The translations under genes and the position numbers were made by a program. Below are positions 60,301-64,000 of a stretch of 64,000 nt of DNA, piece after piece. The notes under the pieces are model-generated. The model did no database searches. It was not told where the DNA came from and worked only from the letters and a program-made list of their open reading frames with translations. The first letter of the stretch is position 1. The number at the start of each line of letters is the position of its first letter. Origin of the DNA: the human T2T-CHM13v2.0 reference genome, Homo sapiens; the NCBI RefSeq assembly GCF_009914755.1, contig NC_060935.1, one strand, 5' to 3'.

Positions 60301-63300
60301 TCTGGCTTCTGTGGACTTGATGGCATGTGGAAGGCCGTGGAAGGCGGCTGGGGCTGACCACACGGGCAGTACAGGGCCCTTCCCCTGGCCCAGCCCCGCC
60401 TCCTTTTGCGCAGCCCGGACCTGCCCCCTCAACATGCAGCACCAGGAGTGTGGCTCACCCTGCACGGACACCTGCTCCAACCCCCAGCGCGCGCAGCTCT
60501 GCGAGGACCACTGTGTGGACGGCTGCTTCTGCCCCCCAGGCAGGTCTTGTGTGCCCTGAACCCCTCAGGGGGCTTTCAGGTCCCTGCTCCCAACCCCGCC
60601 CCCAGCCTCATCAGGCCTGGAAGCAGAGCCCCTCATGCCAGAAGGTCCCACCAGAGGGCCCAGGGTGGGAAGGGCACTGGCTGGGAGGGTGCTGGAAGAC
60701 CTGCCGATGCGTGGAGGGAGGTAGAGCAGTGCCATGAGCCAGCTGGGCATGGTGGGGAAACTGAGGCCCAGAGGTGCTTGGTGTTCATCCAAGCGAGTGC
60801 AGCTCAGGGCGGGGGCAGTGTCCTGGAGCAGGAATTCCTCCCCAAGGGAGGCAGCTTGTCCCCAAGGCCGGTGTCTTCTGACCTTGGTGTCCCCCGTGCA
60901 TGGGCCGGCCCTGCCTCACGCCGCGCCCCACAGGCACGGTGCTGGATGACATCACGCACTCTGGCTGCCTGCCCCTCGGGCAGTGCCCCTGCACCCACGG
61001 CGGCCGCACCTACAGCCCGGGCACCTCCTTCAACACCACCTGCAGCTCCTGGTACTTATGAGCCCACCAGCCTCCGCCTGGGGTGGGGTGTGGAGCTCCT
61101 GGTATTTATGAACCCGCCAGCCTCTGCCTGGGGTGGGGGTGTGGAGCTCCTGGTGTGCACCCACCAGCCTCCGCCTGCGGTGGGGGTGTGGAGGGTGGGG
61201 CCCACCTCCTCCCGACATGCCGGTTCTGCTCACGGCCTCCCTCCCCAGCACCTGCTCCGGGGGGCTATGGCAGTGCCAGGACCTGCCGTGCCCTGGCACC
61301 TGCTCTGTGCAGGGCGGGGCCCACATCTCCACCTATGATGAGAAACTCTACGACCTGCATGGTGACTGCAGCTACGTTCTGTCCAAGGTCTGGGCTTGGG
61401 GCCGGGTCTTCAGACACCCAGACCCTCCTGGGACCCTCATGCCACTTCCACCCAGGGGAGGCCCCCACGATGGTCATAGAGGGGTGGATGTCCCTGCTGA
61501 GGGGGGAGCCCTGGGTCCCCATGATGGTCATAGAGGGATGGCTCTCCCTGCTGAGCGGCATGGGGCCAAGGAGCCCCCAGGCCCTGAGACAAGCTGCTGG
61601 GAGGTGACCAGAGGTGCCAAGGACCACCTCCCCACAGAGCCACATCCCCCACATGGGCATCCCCAGCACACTTCTGGGGGGCACCCCACATCATCGAGCC
61701 AGGCCCAATGCACGCGTGGGTCCTTCTCCCCAGAAATGTGCCGACAGCAGCTTCACCGTGCTGGCTGAGCTGCGGAAGTGCGGCCTGACGGACAACGAGA
61801 ACTGCCTGAAAGCGGTGACGCTCAGCCTGGACGGCGGGGACACGGTGAGGACCTGGCTGGGGCCCTGGGCTGGGACAGGAAGAGGCATGCGAAGGTGTGT
61901 GGGGAGCAAGCACGGTCAGGTCCCCCTCCAGCCCCGAGGCCAGGTCCCCCCTCCAGCCCCCAGGCCAGGTCCCCCTCCAGCCCCCAGGTCAGGTCCCCCC
62001 TCCAGCCCTGAGGTCAGGTCCTCCCGGGGGGGCAATTGCAGAGCCCACCGCAGGTCCAGGCCTGAGCTTCTCTGTGGGCTCTGTCCCCAGTGGGGGCCCC
62101 TGGGCAGGCCACCCCCTCATTTGAGAGTCGGGAATGGGTTCCTCCCCAGAGCTGACCTCCCGCCCGCCTCCTTCCGCAGGCCATCCGGGTCCAAGCGGAC
62201 GGCGGCGTGTTCCTCAACTCCATCTACACGCAGCTGCCCCTGTCGGCAGGTATGTGGCTCTCCCAGGACGGCCGGGCTGGGTGGCGCCTGCTTGCAGGGG
62301 CAGCTCCCACAGCCTGGGCAGCGTCCGCTCCATCCCTGCTAGTTCTCCGTGGCCTCGGGCAGCTCCAGGAGCTCCCTGTGCTCGGTTTCTCGTCTGCAGA
62401 GTGGGGATGCCAGGCTCCCACCCCGGCAGCGGCAGGGACCCCACATCCAGCTCGCTCAGCCCCACTCTCTCAGGGAGCCCGGTCTCCACCTGAGCCCACT
62501 TGGCGGCCACAGGCATGGGACAGGGAGCCTGAGGGCTCCTGGCCACTCCTGGGTCTCACTCCCGGGTCTCAGTGGGGTGGCCCGGCCCACTGGATGCCCT
62601 GCCCCTCCAATCTAGCCAGATCTGTCCCTGCACCCCTGACCGGCCTCTCCCCCACACTCCCGGCAGCCAACATCACCCTGTTCACACCCTCGAGCTTCTT
62701 CATCGTGGTGCAGACAGGCCTCGGGCTGCAGCTGCTGGTGCAGCTGGTGCCACTCATGCAGGTGTTTGTCAGGCTGGACCCCGCCCACCAGGGCCAGATG
62801 TGCGGTGAGGCTGGGCAGGGGCCTTCGGGGACAGGGCCATTGGGGACGGGGCCTGGACTAGCGCCAGGCTGCAGGGAGGGGCAGGCAGAGGCGGGCAGGG
62901 GACCGGGGAGGGGGCTGCCCCCAGGGCATGGCGGAGATCCTGGTGCCAGCGCAGGACACCAGCATTGGACCAGCGGCCCCGGAAGCAGCCAGCTGGGAGG
63001 ATGGAGCGGGCAGCCCTGCCCTGGCTCAGGCCGACTTTGCACAGGGGCTGGCTTTGCACAGGGGCCGACTGCACAGGGGCGCCCCCCGCCAGGGCTTATC
63101 TGCAGAGGGTTCTGGGAGCAGAATCCTGGGACAGGGCTCCCAGCCGTTCTACCCTGTGTGGTGCCTGGAGGGATGGCAGGGGCCAGGAGCCAGGTGGGCC
63201 CAACAGTGGCCGCTGACATCCCCCAACCCTGGCCCCCAGGCCTGTGTGGGAACTTCAACCAGAACCAGGCTGACGACTTCACGGCCCTCAGCGGGGTGGT

Positions 63301-64000
63301 GGAGGCCACGGGCGCAGCCTTCGCCAACACCTGGAAGGCCCAGGCTGCCTGTGCCAATGCCAGGAACAGCTTTGAGGACCCCTGCTCCCTCAGTGTGGAG
63401 AATGGTACTCCTCGCCCCCACCCCCACAGTCACCCCAGGCTCAAGTCCCACCCAGCACCTTCCTGTCCCCTGGGCCACGGGGACCCCTGGGTGGGATTGG
63501 GGACCCCATGGAGGCAGGTGGGAGGCATCAGGAGGAGGTGCTTGGGGCCAGGCGGCCAGAACCCCCCAAGGCGCAGCAGGTGAGCCGCAAATTCCAACTC
63601 ACTGTTCCCCGGGCTGAGGGGGTCGCAGGCCTGCGTGTCAGGGGTGTGGGCTTCGGGGCAGGGCGTGGAGATGAGGTCAGGTCTTCCCCACAGAGAACTA
63701 CGCCCGGCACTGGTGCTCGCGCCTGACCGATCCCAACAGTGCCTTCTCGCGCTGCCACTCCATCATCAACCCCAAGCCCTTCCACTCGGTGAGAGGCTGA
63801 GGCCAGACCCCCACGCCTGGGCAGGATGGGTGGGGGAGCCCTGGCAGGCTGGGGTCCCTGACGCCCCGACGCCTCCCACCTCCGCAGAACTGCATGTTTG
63901 ACACCTGCAACTGTGAGCGGAGCGAGGACTGCCTGTGCGCCGCGCTGTCCTCCTACGTGCACGCCTGTGCCGCCAAGGGCGTACAGCTCAGCGACTGGAG
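54368..64000 (+). CDS. MUC5B: Mucin-5B, exons 1-17 (3'-truncated by window): signal peptide, VWD1, C8/TIL, VWD2
   Basis: [33 protein letters not shown]... Exons: 54368-54437, 56925-56981, 57449-57520, 57859-58120, 58275-58389, 58552-58642, 58919-59025, 59808-60009, 60414-60539 (GC donor), 60934-61051, 61249-61387, 61734-61844, 62180-62249, 62667-62804, 63240-63404, 63694-63788, 63888-64000+. Phases consistent; [35 protein letters not shown] motifs. Confidence 0.98.
55690..55852 (+). repeat. G-rich ~20-bp repeat (GGGGAGGGGCT boxes x~8), MUC5B intron 1
   Basis: ggggaggggctgcctgggg units; Sp1-type GA boxes and G-quadruplex potential. Confidence 0.9.
61044..61193 (+). repeat. ~50-bp triplication spanning the MUC5B exon 10/intron 10 junction
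   Basis: agctcctggt at 61044, 61094, 61145, each followed by ...ccc(a/g)ccagcctc(c/t)gcctg..gtgggg..gtgtgg. Confidence 0.92.
61463..61558 (+). repeat. 54-bp-period duplication, MUC5B intron 11
   Basis: cccca(c/t)gatggtcatagaggg.tgg.t.tccctgctgag twice. Confidence 0.85.
61914..62021 (+). repeat. 24-25-bp C-rich minisatellite x4, MUC5B intron 12
   Basis: caggtccccctccagcccc.agg(c/t) units. Confidence 0.9.

Overview
Human genomic DNA from the gel-forming mucin cluster (11p15.5). The + strand carries the 3' two-thirds of MUC5AC, from the end of exon 14 to exon 49. This includes the 10,371-bp central exon 31 with 9 CysD domains and 4 PTS tandem-repeat blocks, and the stop codon at 31942-31944. 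A ~22-kb intergenic region follows, with VNTRs, a MER9 solo LTR, an old L1 interrupted by Alus and a THE1 LTR, and the MUC5B enhancer/promoter including the rs35705950 site (G allele). The window ends in the 5' part of MUC5B (exons 1-17, truncated at the edge). I traced all exon boundaries by eye and the reading-frame phases close consistently. The locus itself is well known; most ORF-track entries are GC-rich or repeat shadows. The most interesting unexplained signals are: (1) a 99-bp perfectly identical tract shared by MUC5AC and MUC5B exon 17, with intronic homology, suggesting inter-paralog gene conversion; (2) competing or decoy 5' splice sites that would truncate the mucins (a GC-AG donor with a +4 GT in MUC5B intron 9, a +4 GTGAGT at MUC5AC exon 31, a triplicated donor in MUC5B intron 10); (3) complementary CACT/CATT versus GAGT/GAAT arrays and a 21-bp inverted repeat around MUC5AC exon 16, with a non-canonical poly(A) signal; (4) a strong splice acceptor immediately before rs35705950; (5) a shared substitution in four neighbouring Alus, next to GC-shifted L1 relics. 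All functional interpretations are hypotheses; no alignments or database searches were run.
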